The position numbers were made by a program, and so were the translations under genes. The notes under the pieces were generated by a model that searched no databases, had not been told where the DNA came from, and saw only the letters and a program-made list of their open reading frames with translations. Shown here one piece after another: positions 62,100 through 64,000 of a stretch of 64,000 nt of DNA. How positions within the stretch are numbered: the first letter of the stretch is position 1; the number at the start of each line of letters is the position of its first letter. The stretch is taken from NCBI GenBank assembly GCA_003427395.1, contig BFEA01000046.1, positions 517,279 through 581,278 on the forward strand, given 5' to 3'. The DNA comes from Chara braunii (Eukaryota; Plantae; Charophyceae).

Positions 62100-64000
62100 T
62101 TGCGATTCATCCTAGGATGCTCCGCTGCCCTCCCATTGTGTTTCGGCCTGTTCATTCTCCAATTTTACTCTTTTTTGGTAGTAGTTTGAGTTGCGATCCA
62201 CCCCTGAATGTTCCGCTGAGCTTTCCTGTAGATATTGACTCTTCAAGTGCTTGTTTTTTTCTCATTTCGCACTAGGTAGTGTAGCGATTCATCCCTGCAT
62301 GTTCCGCTGAACTTTCTTGTTGATATTGGCTATTCAAGTGTTTGTTTTTCTCTCATTTGACACTAGGCAGTATAGCAATTCACCCCTGAATGTTCCGCTG
62401 AACTTTCCTGTTGATATTGGTTGTTTAAGTGTTTGTTTTTCTCTCATTTAACACTAGGTAGTGTAGCGATTCACCCCTGATTGTTCCGCTGAACTTTCCT
62501 GTTGATATTGGTTGTTCAGGTGTTTATCGTTCTCTCATTTGACACTAGGTAGTATAACAATTCACCCCTGAATCTTCCGTTGAACTTTCCTGTTGATATT
62601 GGTTGTTCAAGTGTTTGTCTTTCTTTCATTTGACACTAGGTAGTATAGCGATTCACCCCTGAATGTTCCGCTGAATTTTCCTGTTGACATTGGTTGTTCA
62701 AGTGCTTGTCTTTCTCTCATTTGGCACTAGGTAGTATAGCGATTCACCCATGAATATTCCGCTGAACTTTCTTGTTGATATTGGTTTTTCAAGTGTTTGT
62801 CTTTCTCTCATTTGACACTAGGTAGTATAGCGATTCACCCCTGAATGTTCCGCTGAACTTCACTGTTGATATTGGTTGTTCAAGTGCTTGACTTTCTCTC
62901 ATTGGGAACTAGGTAATGTAGCGATTCACCCCTGAATGTTTCATTGAACTTTCCTGTTGATATTGGCTGTTCAAGTGCTTGTCTCTCTCTCATTTGACAC
63001 TTGGTAGTGTAGCGATTCACCCCTGTATATTCCGCTGAACTTTCCTGTTGATATTGGTTGTTAAAGTGTTTGTCTTTCTCTCATTTGACACTAGGTAGTA
63101 TAGCGATTCACCCCTGAATGTTCCGCTGAACTTTTCTGCTGATATTGGCTGTTCAAGTGCTTGTTTTTCTCTCATTAGGCACTAGGTAGTGTTGCGGTTC
63201 ACCCCTGAATGTTCTGCTGAACTTTCCTGTTGATATTGGCTGTTCAAGTGTTTGTCTTTGTCTCATTTGACACTAGGCAGTGTAGCGATTCATCCGTGAG
63301 TGTTGTGATGTTCTTCCTGGGTGATTTGGGATGTTCACAGTTGTGTTTTCACTCATGCAGTAGGAAGTAGTGCTCCGATCCACCCATGAATGTTCCGTTG
63401 TTCTTCCTTGGGGAATTGGGTTGTTCATACTTATGTTTTCACTCATGCAGTAGGTAGTAGTGGTCCGATTCACCCATGAATGTTCCGCTGTTCTTCCTTN
63501 ACTTGTGTTCTTCACTCATGCAGTAGGTAGTAGTGGTCCGATTCACCCATGAATGTTCCGCTGTTCGTCCTTGGGGAATTGGGTTGTTCATACTTGTGTT
63601 TTCACTCGTGCAGTAGGTAGTAGTGGTCCGATTCACCGATGAATGTTCCGCTGTTCTTCCTTGGGGAATTAGGCTGTTTATACTTGTGTTCTTCACTCAT
63701 GCAGTAGGTAGTAGTGGTCCGATTCACCCATGAATGTTCCCCTGTTCTTCCTTGGTGATTCGGGTTGTTCACACTTGTGTTTTTCACTCATGCAGTAGGT
63801 AGTAGTGGTCCGATTCACCCATGAATGTTCCGCTGTGCTTCCTTGGTGATTCGGGGTGTTCACACTTGTGTTCTTCACTCATGCAGTAGGTAGTAGTGCT
63901 TCGACTCATCCCCGAGTGTTGTGGTGTTCTTCCTTGGTGATTTGGACTATTCACACTTGTGTTTTCACTCATGCAGTAGTGTAGTTGTGTTCCGGTTCTC
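62100..64000. repeat. About 91-bp satellite/tandem array with two subtypes (switch near 63300), running off the window
   Basis: Shared core GTAG...CGATTCACCC(C/A)TGAATGTTCCGCTG; a period of 91 was measured between 62285 and 62376. Confidence 0.95.

Overview
Eukaryotic, repeat-dominated DNA, probably from a green plant or charophyte alga; a Chara-like origin is my impression from the element types and is unverified. Nearly the whole window is decayed, nested Ty3/gypsy LTR retrotransposons. (1) A degenerate PR-RT-RH-INT pol lies at 2.8-6.7 kb. (2) A complete-looking 24.5-kb minus-strand element (11797-36267) has a 4-bp TSD, a tRNA-Asp-type PBS, a PPT, giant LTRs (about 7.9 and 11.4 kb as assembled) containing tandem arrays, and gag but no pol. 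(3) A stack of at least four nested gypsy elements runs from 41.3 to about 59 kb. (4) A 91-bp satellite ends the window. The only clear host coding sequence is a 3' exon of an RMT2-type arginine methyltransferase (38921-39532). Most notable: a pair of direct repeats at 40.57-41.33 kb, each with a hammerhead-ribozyme fold (retrozyme/Penelope-like unit); the giant-LTR gag-only element; a covarying RNA structure at the LTR U5 ends of several families; and a short RNA polymerase second-largest-subunit-like fragment. All alignments and folds were done by eye, and several N gaps make local misassembly likely.
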